DNA of 64,000 bases from Leptogorgia sarmentosa (taxonomy: Eukaryota). Shown here one piece after another: positions 49,895 through 63,884 of the stretch. The DNA lies in the NCBI GenBank assembly GCA_964658305.1, contig OZ210885.1, positions 22,258,001 through 22,322,000 of the forward strand, in the 5' to 3' direction. The notes under the pieces were generated by a model. It did no database searches, was not told the origin of the DNA, and was given only the letters and a program-made list of their open reading frames with translations. A program made the position numbers and the translations under genes. Within the stretch, counting starts at the first letter, position 1, and the number at the start of each line of letters is the position of its first letter.

Positions 49895-50702
49895 TTAAGA
49901 AGATGACGAATATTATAAGGATTAAGAAGATAATGAATATTATAAGGATTACGAAGATTACAGGATTACGAGGATCACAGGATTACTAAGATTACTAAGA
50001 TTACTAAGATTACGAAGATTACGAAGATTACGAAGATTACAAAGATTACCAAGATTACAAAGATTACAAAGATTACGAAGATTACAAGAATTACGAAGAT
50101 TACAAAGATTACAAAGATTACAAAGATTACAAGAATTACAAAGATTACAAAGATTACAAGAATTACGAAGATTACAAAGATTACGAAGATTACAAAGATT
50201 ACAAGAATTACGAAGATTACAAAGATTACGAGTATTACGAGTATTACGAAGATTACAAGATTACAAAGATTACGAAGATTACGAAGATTACAAAGATTAC
50301 AAGAATTACAAGAATTACAAGGATTACAAAGATTACAAGGTTTACGAAGATTGCAAAGATTACAAAGATTACAAAGATTACGAAGATTACGAAGATTACA
50401 AAGATTACGAAGATTACAAAGATTACATGAATTACAAGAATTACAAGGATTACGAAGATTACAAAGATTACAAGGTTTACGAAGATTGCAAAGATTACAA
50501 AGATTACGAAGATTACGAAGATTACGCAGATTACGCAGATTACAAAGATTACGCAGATTACAAAGATTACAAAGATTACGAGAATTACGAAGATTACAAA
50601 GATTACAAGAATTACAAAGATTACGAAGATTACAAGAATTACAAGAATTACGAAGATTACAAGAATTACGAAGATTACAAAGATTACTAAGATTACAAAG
50701 AT
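49895..50702. repeat. Right TIR array of 9-mers ((G/A)AAGATTAC)n
   Basis: Directly visible; degenerates inward. Confidence 0.97.
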
Positions 50703-52672
50703 AGTGATGAATTTACAAAGCTAGTCATGAAATAAGTGAGATTACAAGATTACAAAGATTACGCCCAGAGATAATTAAGGTGAGCTGGGGATAAAAGGCG
50801 AAACATGGGGGAGCTACCGGTTTTGTGTTTCCAAATCTTCTAGGTGTTCTGTTTCCAAATCTTTTGGGTCTTCTGTTTCAAGATCTTCTGGGTTTTGTTT
50901 TGTCAACTCTAGATTTTTAGGTTGTTGTGTGTTGTTATCCTCAGAAGTCGTGCTTGTGGTTTCATCGGATGAGGATGTCTATTTTTAGTAAAAAAGATGC
51001 TCTATTCAAAATTGCTGATTATTAAGATGCCAATTTTTTTTCAAGTAAACTAACTTTTCCTCTGCACTCTTCACATCCAGTTTCCTTGTTTTTTCTTTTC
51101 AATGTCCTTCTGTCTACCTACAATAAATTTGTTTAACTATAATAATAGTGAAACTACAGTAGTAGACTGGTATATATGTACTATATTCAAATAGAAAGGC
51201 TAGTATAAAATTTCTACACTGTGGACAGAATAGGTAATCTGTACTTCCTATTTCAAATTATTCACTAGTTAAAATAACACTCAATCTCAATTATCTCACC
51301 GATGTATAATCATATCCATTTCTTACACTTCTTCGCCTTTCATTCATGATGTCAATAATATGTTGCCGAATTGCAACTTTATCAAAACCAACAGGTTCAA
51401 ATATGCAATCTTCAAGCTCATCAACAAGACCATCCAGCTCATCTGTTGTTTTCTTATTCTTTCTAAATATTGGAATATCATTACCAGGCCACTTCTTTAT
51501 GGCTGCAGCTCTAACAGCTTTCTTCCTTATAAAAAAAATTTAAAAGTTTGAGTTCATAGACATGTACATGGAATGGCAATGCTAAAGATACAAACATACA
51601 TGTATTTACATTCATACTATTTTAAACTCTAGGTCAAATTGAATTCAAGAAAATATCAATGTATTCATCAATTGAAAAGTTTGTTTGAGTCAATGTTTTA
51701 CAAACAAGTCCAGTCCAGGTTTTACAACATGCCATTCTATAAGCTGTGCACGTGTATTTTTAAGAATCAATAACATTTTATATGAAAACTTGAAAAGTCT
51801 TTCAACAAATTTATATGAAAAGTCTGTCATTACCATTACCTTGTTGACTGAAGTATAAGCACAACAATCCCCCTTTTTTGCATTAAAAACATAGACAAAA
51901 GTCTAGGATTTTGAGCGACTGAACACGTATTCCCCGAGCGGTTTGGACAATTTAGATTTTGTTTCCAATATAAAAAAGGCAAGAAAGATATTTAAGAAAC
52001 TGGCTTACTTCGCATTATACACGCGTTTGTTCACTTCGGTGCAATCTGTTAACTCCTTCTTCGTTGGTTTCTTACGGGAGATCAGAATAGTTACAGGGCT
52101 TTCCTTCGTCTTTTTCGCATCCATTTGAGAAAGCACAAGCCGCTGGAGTTTAAGTTGTGAACCTACTGTCTTCATTCCACAGCGCTCAAGTTGGGTTGTC
52201 GTTCCTTCGGAAGCTAGTACTTCAAGCGCAAAACCGTCTATCTGTTGTTCTACAAATGCAAAAAGATCTATGATTATCATAGTTGAAACCTTACTGGGGT
52301 TATCTGTCCTTGTAACTACCTATACGAGGCTCCAAGCATGGGACAGGTTAATAAAGGTCAATATTTTGTATGCAAATATACATATGTAAATGCACCTCAC
52401 CTGCACATTTTGTTGCGACTTCTTCATCAAAATTTCTCCTTAACCACTCCAAGACATCATCGTTCGACATGCTTTGAAAGTCAGAAACGGAAAATGCAAA
52501 TATGATTGGTTGTGTATGATCACCGCGCGGGAATTTTGTTTTCATAATTCATATTATACAAATTCATACTAGAATATTTACTAAAATACGTTTTCTCATC
52601 GAGACTCTTGACAATTTTTAATTTTATGGTTGGAGACTGTCAAAAACTTTCAGACCAGCGATAATCCAAAAT

Positions 52673-55600
52673 ATGCTTGGAGCTGCTGAGGCTGCAAGTA
52701 ATGTGAGTAGAAGCCCATGGCGACGTCATAATATCGTTTCTTGCCATTGTCCAGAACTGGGTTATGTGCATGTCCATTGTCCGTGTGAGGTGTGTAATTC
52801 AAACGCTGTTTCCACTGCAACAGAGCATCGACATTGGAACAGAGCATGAGAATGTATGGTTAATTATGTTAAGTAAGTACTATTGGGCAAAATTTGCACT
52901 ATGATATTCAAACTTCTGTCATTCTGAACCTTGTTCATATTATCCAACTTGTTGCAAGGCTGTTCCAAGAAGTCTGTTGAACGTCTAAAACACAAATCAC
53001 AAACACTCATTATACAACCATCAATTCCATCCATCATATATAGCTAACAATAAATTATTCTGTAGTTAGCATACCCAGGTATTATTAATTGGATAATGAT
53101 CAATATAATTGAGCAATTTTGTTAATTAAGACATATTACAAGTGTAAACTCTACTATATAAATAGGTTGTACAATGTGTATGTACTCATCAGCATTGTTC
53201 ATTTTAGCACTGAAACAGGGTCTTCAGATGATGAGTTAGATGTGAATGATTTAGATGTCCAAATACCTGTTGGTAACAATATGAATTATATGATGCACGA
53301 GGATATGTCTTCTCTTGAAAGCACCTATAGTGGATTTAGTGATGATACAGACACAGATGGTACACTCAAGTCTCCAATGACAAATCCCAAGGAAAGGGAA
53401 ATTGTAGCTGCGATTCTAGAAGCACTGAATTTGGTGGATCAAATGGGAGGCTCTCATAAGGATTTCATTGATGTGTTGGAGTTTGCAGAAAAACTGTACT
53501 CAAGAAACGAGGATGAAGAAGATACAATAAAAAATATGTGGCCAAAGAGCTGGAGAGAAACTGAAAATATTTTAAAAAGATGTGGCTACAGTGATCCAAA
53601 GGAATATTACATATGCTTGGACCCATGTCACTATTCAAAATGGGACATTATGTCATCTTCTGAAGATAGTTGCAGACATTGTGGAAAATGTGGCAACATA
53701 AAATATTATTATCTTGGTTTACCAGACAAGGTCAAGAGATGGTGTTCGAATGCTAACATGTGCAAGAAAATGATGGCACATTGGGAGAACAAAGATCACT
53801 GGATACAAGGAACCGGACCAAATTTTACTTTGACAGAAGTATGGGATGGATCTCGATTCAATGAATTATCTTGGTTCTGGAACCCTGAATGTTCCTGGAT
53901 GTTACCTTTCCGGTGTATTTTTTGCAGTTCTGTGATTAGTGCTAAAGAAATACAAGAATCAGATCAAAATGGGGATGGCTACAATGTAAAATGTTCTGAA
54001 TGTGGTACAGTGCAAAACCATATGCCACTTTTTACCAATGGAAACCCACGTAACATTGCACTCATTGGACACTGGGATGGTTGGCAACCATTTGGTTATC
54101 CAGGGTCTCATAGTTGTGGCAAGTATATCTTTTTTAATTAATGTATATATATAGGTGTGGTACTCTTCAGATAAAATTGTCTAAATTAGACAATATATAT
54201 TGAGTATATTAGTGCTAAATACAATAGTTTCCCTAATTTTTCAGGAGCCATTGAAGTCACAATTGCTAACATGTATAAAGCAGGGAGAAGTAAAGTTGAA
54301 GAAGTCTTTGTAGTTGGTTTTGTACCCACCTATCTTCTTCCGAAGAAGCGCCCTTGTTTGCTTGACCCTTTCTTGGATCCTCTGGTTACTGATGTTGAGG
54401 ACATATTTGTTCATGGTATTGCATTAAAACACAGTTTCCTGTGTGAATTTTAACGTTTTGTTCCACTTATGTTACACATAACATTACAGGCTGTAATAAA
54501 ATAAATTATATTTTTTATTATAAGGCTTAGAAGTTGATTATATTGGCTCTTTTGCTGGCTTACCAAGTGGGAGGACAAATATCCGTTGCTTGATACTGCT
54601 CTGGACTGCAGATTATGTTGCACAGTGTGAAGTTGGAAAGTTCATCAACTGTGGTATACGGCCGTGTAGAAGGGATAAACTTATAGGTATGTATAATTAA
54701 CACATTAATTAACATGTGATCCTTAATCTGTTTGTGTACAGTATATAAACATAACAACAGCTCCCTCAAATTTATTGTTTGACCTATTGTTCATCTTAAA
54801 AATTTACATATTTATTTTATTAAAAAAGCCGTATTTAATATTTATTGTTGTTTTTTTTATATAGGAACAACTTTACAAGGTGGTAACACGTACTATTATG
54901 GGGGAAACAGGTTTCACGCCAGGTTTCCTTGGGAAAAACGGAATCTTGATGATGACGTGGAGATGATGTGCACAATAGGCGAGGAAGAACGTTGCTCTGT
55001 ACGATCTGATCTTAGCAAACGTACTGGATATACTGGAATCAGCATTTTACATCGGCTCCACAAGCTCTACGGGTTTGATGTCATCCAAGATACAGTATTT
55101 GATATGATGCACAATCTTCCTCTTAACGTTGTGAGAAAACACGTTAAAAGGGTGATTGAGGAAGGAATGGTTGACAAAAATGTCCTACAACACAAACTTT
55201 CACTTATGCCCCGGACTGCAGGTAATGTTTTAGAATTACTGCAGCCATATAATATATTGTATTATTGTACATGACACACTTTGTCTAAGTCGAGTGATAG
55301 TTGTTTTTCTTGTAACTGTCACTCTGTTATTGAACTATTAGCGATACTTCTTGTTTTAATAGAACTGAAAGATGGAAGATTACCTACAAACATTGACACG
55401 CATGTTAATTCTTGGAAAGCGGAAGAATTCCAAAAATTTGCATTCCCCGCTATGGAGGTTGTTCTGAGTGGGCTTTTAGATGAAAGAGAATTTCACATTT
55501 TCCAACTTTTGGCGAGAATGGTCGAGCTGGTTTTCAACAAACGTGAAGAATGGGATCATGATGATGTCATTTTGTTTGGAAAGTTGGCAAAAAGATTCAA

Positions 55601-56869
55601 CATACTAATTGAGGAGAACGTTGGTTTACATGCATGCGTGGTAACAGCCCACAATTTAATCCACGTGGAAGATGATGTATTCAGGTTTTCACTGCCAGAC
55701 AACTATTGGTGCTTCGCCTTTGAAAGAGCAGTTAAGAAATACATAAGCATACCTAACAATCGTAAAAATATTGAATGCTCATTTGCCAAGAGGGAACAGA
55801 GACGGGAGTTTCTGAAATCCTTGAATGTTGAAGAGGAATCTTTACCACATGCTGAAAAGATTGATTTAGACAAGGTATAAACTTCACTATGTTGTACTCA
55901 ATTGTATGGTTTAGGATTATAACATAACATAACATAACCTGACATGGACAATGGATATAGGCATTTTAACTAAACATTTACCTAAAGATAGACATGACTA
56001 ACCCAAAATGTAATTTTCTGCTTTAGATGGCTGCCAATTCCATAACTGAAGCCAAAAAGCTGGCCAAGAGTTTTGGAAATTCGCTGAATGATGTAGGAAA
56101 CCGCTGCAACAACGGAATCCTGGTTGGTGGCTTGAATTCCAATGGCAATACAGTATTTTTAACCAGAGAAGAAAAGCAACTGATTACTTCTTGTATGGAA
56201 ACCTCCACCCCTGGCCATTTAGTTGTTCGTGTTGAAGAAATTGCATTTAAATTTCGAAGTCTCTTCAAGCCACTTAAAAGTATTGATGGCGTTCTTTATA
56301 GGGTTGACGAAGATATCATCTTTATAATGCCTGATAATGTGGAAGAGGTGGGGCGGGTGAAGGCGTTTTTATCAGTCTTGGTTAATGGAAGCTACTGCAC
56401 ATTAGCAAAGATAAAGCTGTACGAAAAGTTAGACGATGAATACATGTTTGACGAACTTAGAAATGATCATGATGACGTTGTTGAATTATCGCATGAAACT
56501 GCCATCATTACAGTCACATCTATTTCTCGAAAGGTGATGTTGTATCCACATCCAGTTGGTAGCACAGAAACCTTTACTGTTGTAGATTTCGAAAGACCAA
56601 CCATGCCAATAAGCTGGGCGGATATTGTTATACCATTTTACCCCATGGTGAATGACATTGTTGTTATTAGAGGAGAAAATGACGAAATTTGGGTCGCAAG
56701 AATTCTCAGGATAAACACTGAAGAGAAGACTGTGAAAGTATGGTACTATAAGGAGCAAAGTCCTGAAGTGTTTGTACCAGAGGTTTCCTCAAGAGAAGCA
56801 TTAGACATTGTTAACTGGGACTCAATAGTTCATCTTGCTCCTGAAGAATGGATTGATGTTGGTCCTTGA
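52673..56869 (+). CDS. EnSpm/CACTA-type transposase, 7 exons, one in-frame stop in exon 1
   Basis: Exons ~52673-52871, 53209-54118, 54245-54416, 54525-54687, 54864-55221, 55362-55873 and 56027-56869; HCPCEVC...RHW, EVWDG, IGHWDGWQPF, WTADY, DMMHNL, WKAEE, HNLIH and YWCFAFERAV motifs. Confidence 0.8.
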
Positions 56870-58839
56870 TTTCATATAAAATCATCAGTTTCTGCAGGAC
56901 AACTTGAATGCGAAACACTCATTAGAATGAAATAAAATCCATCTGTTGTTACCACAACATGGACATATAGTATTTACTAAATCGCTGTGAGTGTAGTGAC
57001 AAATTTTCGAAGCCTGCAAAATACGTTTTGTTTAGCTTGGTATATGTTCGTGTTACTTCAATAAATTAATATAAAATATAATTTGTTATTTTATTATTAG
57101 ATCACCTAAAAGTATTGGTGAGGCATATGTATTTGATGCAGTGCACAAGGCCAACACATACAGCATTTCCAGTCCCTGTCTTTTTGATTTTCTGTGGTTA
57201 TATAAAGATGCCTGTCTACTTAATTATGAATTCAGTAAATGAATTTCTGTAAACCCAATAATTGGATTTTATAAATGCAATCATGGATCTGTAAATTGAT
57301 GATGAATTTTAAAAATCCGATATTGGTTTATGTAAATCCAATGATGGATTCTATAAAACCAATAATGATTCTAAAAATTCATTGATGGATTATAGATATC
57401 CAATGATGGGTTCCGTTAACCCAGCAATGGATCTATAGATACATGGTGGAACCTGCAAATCCACTAATTCGACGCTCAGACACTATAGTATAGTATAGTT
57501 AGACTATAGTATTATCACAGGTTAGTGATTAATCTGTGGGATTATATTCCGACAATTTTCACGCAAGAGATGGCAAGACGCAATGCTATTGGTTTGCATC
57601 AGTCCACTGATGCAAGCCAATAGCATTGCGTATTTTGAAAAAAAGTCATTGGCTCGCATCAGTCAGTTTGAATTCACTGTTGCAAGTGAACGGTTCCCGC
57701 ATCAGCATGCATCATTCGACAAGAATAGCGCGCTCAGTGAGCGCTGAGGCCTGTGGGCGTGCATAATGGAAGTGTTTTTCTGAGGGTACTTCAAGTAATT
57801 CACATAAAGGGCATTGAAGCTTTAAATTGAGCAAAGATAATGCGTAATTTATCACTTCGAATGACCACAAAACAATATTAGACTTTATTTTGTCACGTTC
57901 ATTTTTGTTTGTCGATGTCGTGACGAAGTGAATAAAAATTTAATATATTCGAATTAACACTTTTCAGTCAGAATTTGACTGTTGCTCAAGCATCTGTTGC
58001 ATCAGTCTGGATCCGCCCCTGTAATTTGTTAATATTCAACCATATTATACCAAAGTCAAATGTTGAAAATACATGTAAAGACTAAGTGTTTTAAGTATTG
58101 TAAGTAGACTAGTGTATTGTTGTATGATTATAGGTAATTAAGAATAATTTGAAGAGAAATGTAGTGGAAGATTCAAGTCCTCAATAACCCTTAGGGGTTT
58201 CTCTTCCTTTCATTAGCTTTTTGCTATAATCATATCATTCAATGCTATCAGTTCTTAAACAACCCATATGTATTTGTAGCTTTTCATTACCTAATTAAGT
58301 ACCAGGATATACTGGCTAAGTCTGCTTTCCACTAATTGGCAGGACCAGGGGCATCAAGGAATGGGGAGATGTAGGGTGCACACCTCCCCCCCCCCCCCCA
58401 CCCCCTCTTCTGACTAAATGTGTGTAAAATATGTGTGCATGCAAGCTAATCAGGGATTCAGGGTAATACATGCATGGAGTGCTTCAGGATGCAAATTATC
58501 ATCATTGGCTCACAGCTTGCATGCAAAAATATTTTATGCAATATGGGAACTAATGTTTCAAAGCATTAATATTTTCTTGCTTATTTGAGAACATTCACCA
58601 GAATGTTCTGTTAGTACCAACTACTGGCAAGGATACTTGCACAGTTTTTGGGTAGTTGTGAAGATTATGAACAACATAGTAATTATGCAAGTGGAATCAT
58701 GAAATAATCAGAGCTTCCTCTATCACTGTCTCTTTCTCTAAAAATAGGCTGACAAAAATTCTTGTCTAAATATTATGAGTTTAATTTATGAACTAATCTA
58801 TAATGGTATATTATCAAAAATAGAATTAATATACTTTCA

Positions 58840-59102
58840 GTCGTTTACCTCTAATATCTTCACACATGTATGCCAATCACCAAGCTGTAGATGTATACCA
58901 TCAAGGCGGTCCTGTGGAGTGTAACTATCGGATACTGACGAGATAACATTTGTAGCTCTCTCAACTGTTAATTGGCCACCTGCAAACAGCTGCCCATCAA
59001 ACTGGTCACCTTCAAGAGTTGGGAGGTATGAATGAAACTGCTTCAAGATGCACATCATGTCTTCATAAACATTTTCATTTTTAAAGATGATGCCAGGTGG
59101 TG
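58840..59102 (-). pseudogene. DUF6589-like transposase-derived exon
   Basis: FKNEN..DM..IL, AG(D/G)QLTVERA, TPQDRLDG and LGDWH motifs; bounded by splice sites. Confidence 0.6.
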
Positions 59103-59539
59103 TCTAAAGATAATAATATACTGTCTACATGTAGTAACCCACGTTCGGTGTTGTTGCTATTGTATAATTATATAAAGAATGTTTGTAAAATTAGTTATTA
59201 GCTTGTTATTAGACAAGTTTAAACTTGTCTTTTTCACTACAATTCTTTAATTCGAAAGTAAAGAGTATATAACTTATTTTCGTAAAGTAAATCAACGTCG
59301 AAGACCACTGAAATAATCCTTGTTTCACTTGTTTGAGAGTTGGCCGACAGTGGAAAAGCAGGTCCCATTTCTGCAATAGCAAGCAAAGGACAGGTAAATT
59401 GTTTGCTTAGTGTTTATTTTTTGTTCCTTTAAAACAATATAGATAAGTCGAATGTTTTTGTCGCTTCTCGGGCTAATCGACTTGAAAGGAAACACAAACC
59501 ACAGGCAAGAAGAAATCTAATTCCCAAGAAGAGGTCGAG

Positions 59540-59790
59540 AAGACAAAAACGAGATAGCTCGTTTTGTTTTGTCGTCGTCTGAGCCTGTTCAGCACGCAAG
59601 ACAGACCAAAATATCAGAGAACCCAAAGCCATCAGACGATTTTGAAGATGAATTTTCTGTTGCACAAATGCTTGTTTCCCTGGCTAACAGTGTCCACATT
59701 GAACATCAGATTTTTTAGGATATAAACATTGCACCTGAAGTACTGAACCAACCAGTAAGAGTTATCCCACATGCAAACAGACAAAAGAAA
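59540..59790 (+). repeat. 251-bp direct repeat, copy 1
   Basis: Near-identical to 62995-63245 (only a few substitutions). Confidence 0.95.
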
Positions 59791-62700
59791 TGATATTTCC
59801 CCGGAAGGTTAGGTACTTACCTGAAGGGGAGATGTAGTTCTCCGAGGACCTTCGGAGACTGATAGGAGCAATACTGGTGCAGATCCGCGGCCAGCAGCGG
59901 TCTGGTGCCCACATTAAATTTTCTGACATGCGCATGAACCTCCTCTTATTGAGTGGGCAAAGCTTCGGTTTGGAAACCTATTTCTTCGCTCCGTTCGAGA
60001 CGAGAAAATCCGTCGATGACTTTGACATCGCTTTGTGTCGATAAAAACAATGACATCGCAAGAGGTGAGTAACCAGTTTTAAGTAATTTACTTAGGTTTT
60101 TTAGAGTGTCAGGCAATGTTACGTCGCAAATTCATGCGATTGTCTTGCCTCGTTACGAGATTAACAAAGATGGTTTGTGATCTCATGTTTCCGACAGAAA
60201 GAACATTGGATCGCCCCAACAGGTGCCCGCCTCGTTTGGGGTTTGCCACAGACTGTTCAGAGTGAACGCTCGAACAGACAATGCAGACAAAGAGTAAATT
60301 GGCCGAGAATATCGGCTGCCAATTTAAATACTCGCAACAATTGGCGCGAATTAATTAATTCTGCCTTTTCCCTGCAGGTAACCGCCTTGCAGGACGAGGA
60401 TATTGTTGTTCAGGGTGCCAGCCCGGACATCATGACTCCCACAGCCGAGCAAATACGTAGTTTGGTGGAGGAACAAGTCACTAGTTCCCTCCAGAAGACA
60501 CTGCCCTCAATATTGAAAGAGGCCTTGGCTAACTCGGCACTTATGTCTGCACCCCCATCAACTGATGATCAGAATATTAACGACCAGGAGTCAAAAGATT
60601 CCACAAAACCAGTTTCACGACTGGATCGCTTCTACTCTTCCACAAAAGAGTGTGTTCTGTCTGACCCAGTGTTGGAAGTGATTAAGACAGCCTTCTCGAA
60701 ACAACTGAGCAAGGATGTCTGGTCAGACTTGATGGAGAAGTATCCACAGATAAGGAACACTGATGAGATTCTAGTGGCCCCCACTATGGAGACGGGTATT
60801 AAAGAATATATCCGACAGAAGTTTGGCCATCACAAAACCAAGGAAATTTTATCCTTTGATGATGGATTGGCTGAACGACAAGCACCCTTCTTGACGGTCG
60901 CCAGACCAATTGCAACTGCCTTAGAGAAACTTGAGGCGACTGATGGATCTGATGACGAAAGCAATGAGTCAGGTCCAGACCCTGGTGAAATCAAATGTTT
61001 ATTGGAAGATGCTTTAGTCCTGCTTGGCAATGCCAATGCACGTCTCAACCAATGGAGGCAAAAACGCTTCTCTGAGTACTTAACCGATGTTGGAAAGCGC
61101 ACTCTGAAAGCTGGTCTCCCGACAGACAAACACCTGTTCCCTGACCAGTTCCACAAAATGGTACAAAGTGAACATGAGCACTCTAGTACCACTAGCAAGC
61201 TCATTGCTGCACCACCAAAACCATCGACATCATATGCTACTCAAAAGAAGCCCTTTCGTCCCAACCCCCAGCATCAAGCTGACCGTCGATCCTGGGGGAA
61301 ACGGAAATGGTCTGCACGATCTGGCTCAGCCTACCAGGGCACATCAGGATCAAACAAATCATTCTCAAATTTCACCACAAAACGTGGTAAAAGAAACATG
61401 AAAACAACCGACCGCAGCTGACTACCACCTGCCTCAACTTCAAAACATAGCTCCTCCTGTGTCGACACCAGCAGGGCGTCTAAAATATTTTATGGGGAAT
61501 TGGGAACGACTGACATCCGACCGGCAGGTGTTACAGATTGTAAAAGGTTACAAGATTCCACTGAGATGCACACCACATCAGTGGCGACCCCGGTTAACAA
61601 AAGGAAGTTCAAAAGAGCAAACACAGCTGCTCAAATCAGCATTACACGAACTGCAAGAGAAAGGGGCATTAAAAGAAGTCGTACAGGTGGAGGATCAGTA
61701 CCTATCCACTCTTTTTATCCTGAATCAAGGAGAAAAGAAGCGACCTGTGTTCAACCTAAAACCCCTGAACATGTGTGTCCAACTGGAAAAATTCAAACTG
61801 GAGGGTCTAGACATGGTTCGGACACTTCTACGTCCTGCAGACTACTTGATGAAGTTAGATCTTCAGGATGCTTACTTCATGGTTCCCATACATGAGCAAC
61901 ACAAGAAATACCTCAGGTTGGCATTCGAAGGGAGAACATACGAATTCCAGTGCCTACCGTTTGGCCTGTCGTCAGCGCCGAGAGCCTTCACCAAACTTCT
62001 AAAGCCTGTTGTAGCAGTGTTGCGTTCATCAGGGATACGTATAGTTATTTACCTAGACGACATTCTGGTAATGCACCAGAGTGCAATGGAACTGGTGAAC
62101 ATTTTCAACATGGTTCTCACCTTGTTGAGGAACTTGGGTTTTCTGGTGAAAATGGAGAAATGCTCATTACACCCAACCCAGGAGCTGGTATTCCTCGGAG
62201 CCCTCTTAAACTCCAAGAAGATGACTATAGCTGTGCCACTGGAAAAACTCGCGCACCTTCAAAAAGAGTGTGCCAGTGTGGCCCTGAGGGACGTCTGTTC
62301 CATGCACGAACTAGCGGTAATAATCGGACGGATGAACCAGATGGCGAGAATAGGCATCTCACACGCTCCGCTGCATTACCGGGCCTTGCAACGCGCATAC
62401 ATCTTGTGCCTTCACAAGACGGGGCGTCACACACAGTCCAAACAAGTCCAAGTTGCCCTAAACTCCCAAGCTGTGGAAGAATTGAACTGGTGGACCTCAA
62501 CGGCACCCCAGGAACACAACGGTGTAGCTCTATGCCCCCCACCAATCGATCTGACCATAACAACCGATGCTTCCACCATAGTATCTTCCGGAGGATCACA
62601 GCTCGGTATTACAAACCAGAAGTGGATCTGTTTGCATCCCGTCTGAATTACCAGCTTCCGAGGTGTGTAGCACGTTATCCCGATCCTGGGGCTATAGCAA

Positions 62701-62994
62701 CCGATGCTTTCTTGCTGGATTGGAGTCGTTGGACAACCTTCATTCACCCACCGATAGTACTGATCCCACACATTCTCCGTCAGTTGAAGCAAGCCAAGGC
62801 AACAAGCTTACTGATGGCTCCACATTGGCCAGGTCAACCTTGGTTCCCAGATCTGATGGAAATGTTGATAGATAACCCAGCCTGTCCACCAGTGAACCCA
62901 TCCACAGGCTACCTTCCATTTGCTCCGAAGGAAGTGCATCCACTATGGAGAACCCTCCATCTGGTGGTGTGGCCAATTTCAGGACAAAATTTTC
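59791..62994 (+). mobile_element. DIRS-type retrotransposon, internally deleted and 3'-truncated
   Basis: gag ORF to 61421; RT PAGRL...KLDLQDAYF, LPFGLSSAPRAFTK and YLDD; TTDAS then a jump to the methyltransferase-like VDLFAS...DAF..DW...WPGQPWF; no tyrosine recombinase. Confidence 0.9.
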
Positions 62995-63245
62995 AAGACA
63001 AAAACGAGATAGCTTGTTTTGTTTTGTCGTCGTCTGAGCCTGTTCAGCACGCAAGACAGACCAAAATATCAGAGAACCCAAAGCCATCAGACGATTTCGA
63101 AGATGAATTTTCTGTTGCACAAATGCTTGTTTCCCTGGCTAACAGTGTCCACATTGAACATCAGGATATTAAGGATATAAACATGGCACCTGAAGTACTG
63201 AACCAACCAGTAAGAGTTATCCCACATGCAAACAGACAAAAGAAA
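62995..63245 (+). repeat. 251-bp direct repeat, copy 2
   Basis: See copy 1. Confidence 0.95.
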
Positions 63246-63485
63246 GTTCAACACAGCTCTATATATTAATTCCCTCACTAATTCCCGACGAAGGCCCTCC
63301 GTTTGAAACATCTAATCTGTTTTATCGTTTAGGTAGTGAGATTATGCTTCCTGGTCTTGTTCGTTATCCTGAAGTGCTACCTACGCTGGCCCCGTGTGCT
63401 ATTTATTATTATACCTTTTTATGGTTCGTACAGTGTCATAGACATGTGTTGAATTGTACCTCTTCTTCTATTTTTAATAGACTTA

Positions 63486-63880
63486 TACAGGGTGTATAAA
63501 AAAAATAGTAACACAAATGTGGCACGCCATATCTCAAATCATCAATGGATTTCATCGAGTTTGACATAATTCGAAAGTTCAATTGTTCCTCTTTTACATG
63601 ACATGTTTTATGGGGCATTTAGTCTAGAAACCAGCAAGCAGTACATCGGTAAACGTTTTAAGTGAAAATTGCATATTTCCACCAATGGGAATAAACAAGA
63701 CAATGGATATGGATTTTTAATCAACAATTCACTTTTGTCACTTGCTGAATATGAAAACTTGCACTAATTTGAATATTTGAATTGCAATGATAATTGCCAG
63801 ATGATTAAGATGTTTAAACCTCTTGGGACTAAATTTCAAAAGAATCGGTGGAAATCCCATCGGTGGAAATATGCAATATT
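63486..63880. mobile_element. Possible Tc1/mariner-type MITE fragment
   Basis: Begins TACAGGGTGTATAAAAAAAA; matching right end not seen. Confidence 0.35.
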
Positions 63881-63884
63881 CACT

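Larger units (their letters stand above)
40037..50818. mobile_element. Foldback-like DNA transposon, 10.8 kb, long TIRs, 7-bp TSD
   Basis: Ends GGTAGCTCCCCCATGTTTCG... / ...CGAAACATGGGGGAGCTACC; ~120-bp outer TIR plus inverted 9-mer arrays; TSD GGTTTTG at 40030-40036 and 50819-50825. Confidence 0.93.
39503..52470 (-). pseudogene. Multi-exon accessory gene of the EnSpm-like element (N-terminal SAM-like), disrupted by the foldback element
   Basis: Exons 52401-52470 (MSNDDVLEWL), 52009-52249 (EQQIDGFAL...G.KTVGSQLKL), ~51300-51527 and further exons; the PEDLET-repeat exon is split exactly at the 40030/50825 TSD; last exon ~39503-39800. Confidence 0.65.
38777..57465. mobile_element. EnSpm/CACTA-type DNA transposon (~19 kb including the nested insert)
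   Basis: Putative left end CACAGGAAAAAA; related subterminal repeat fields at 38985-39340 and 57240-57460; transposase plus divergent accessory gene. The right TIR was not found. Confidence 0.6.

Noticed and set aside
57511..57635. CACAG...CTGTG as the right end of the EnSpm element
   Set aside because: It is a self-contained short palindrome and does not match the putative left end beyond 5 bp; it probably belongs to separate MITE debris.
59813..59833. GTACTTACCTGAAGGGGAGAT resembling the U1 5' end
   Set aside because: No downstream U1 structure; it lies in the DIRS left terminus, where ACTTACCTG-like motifs are, from recall, common.
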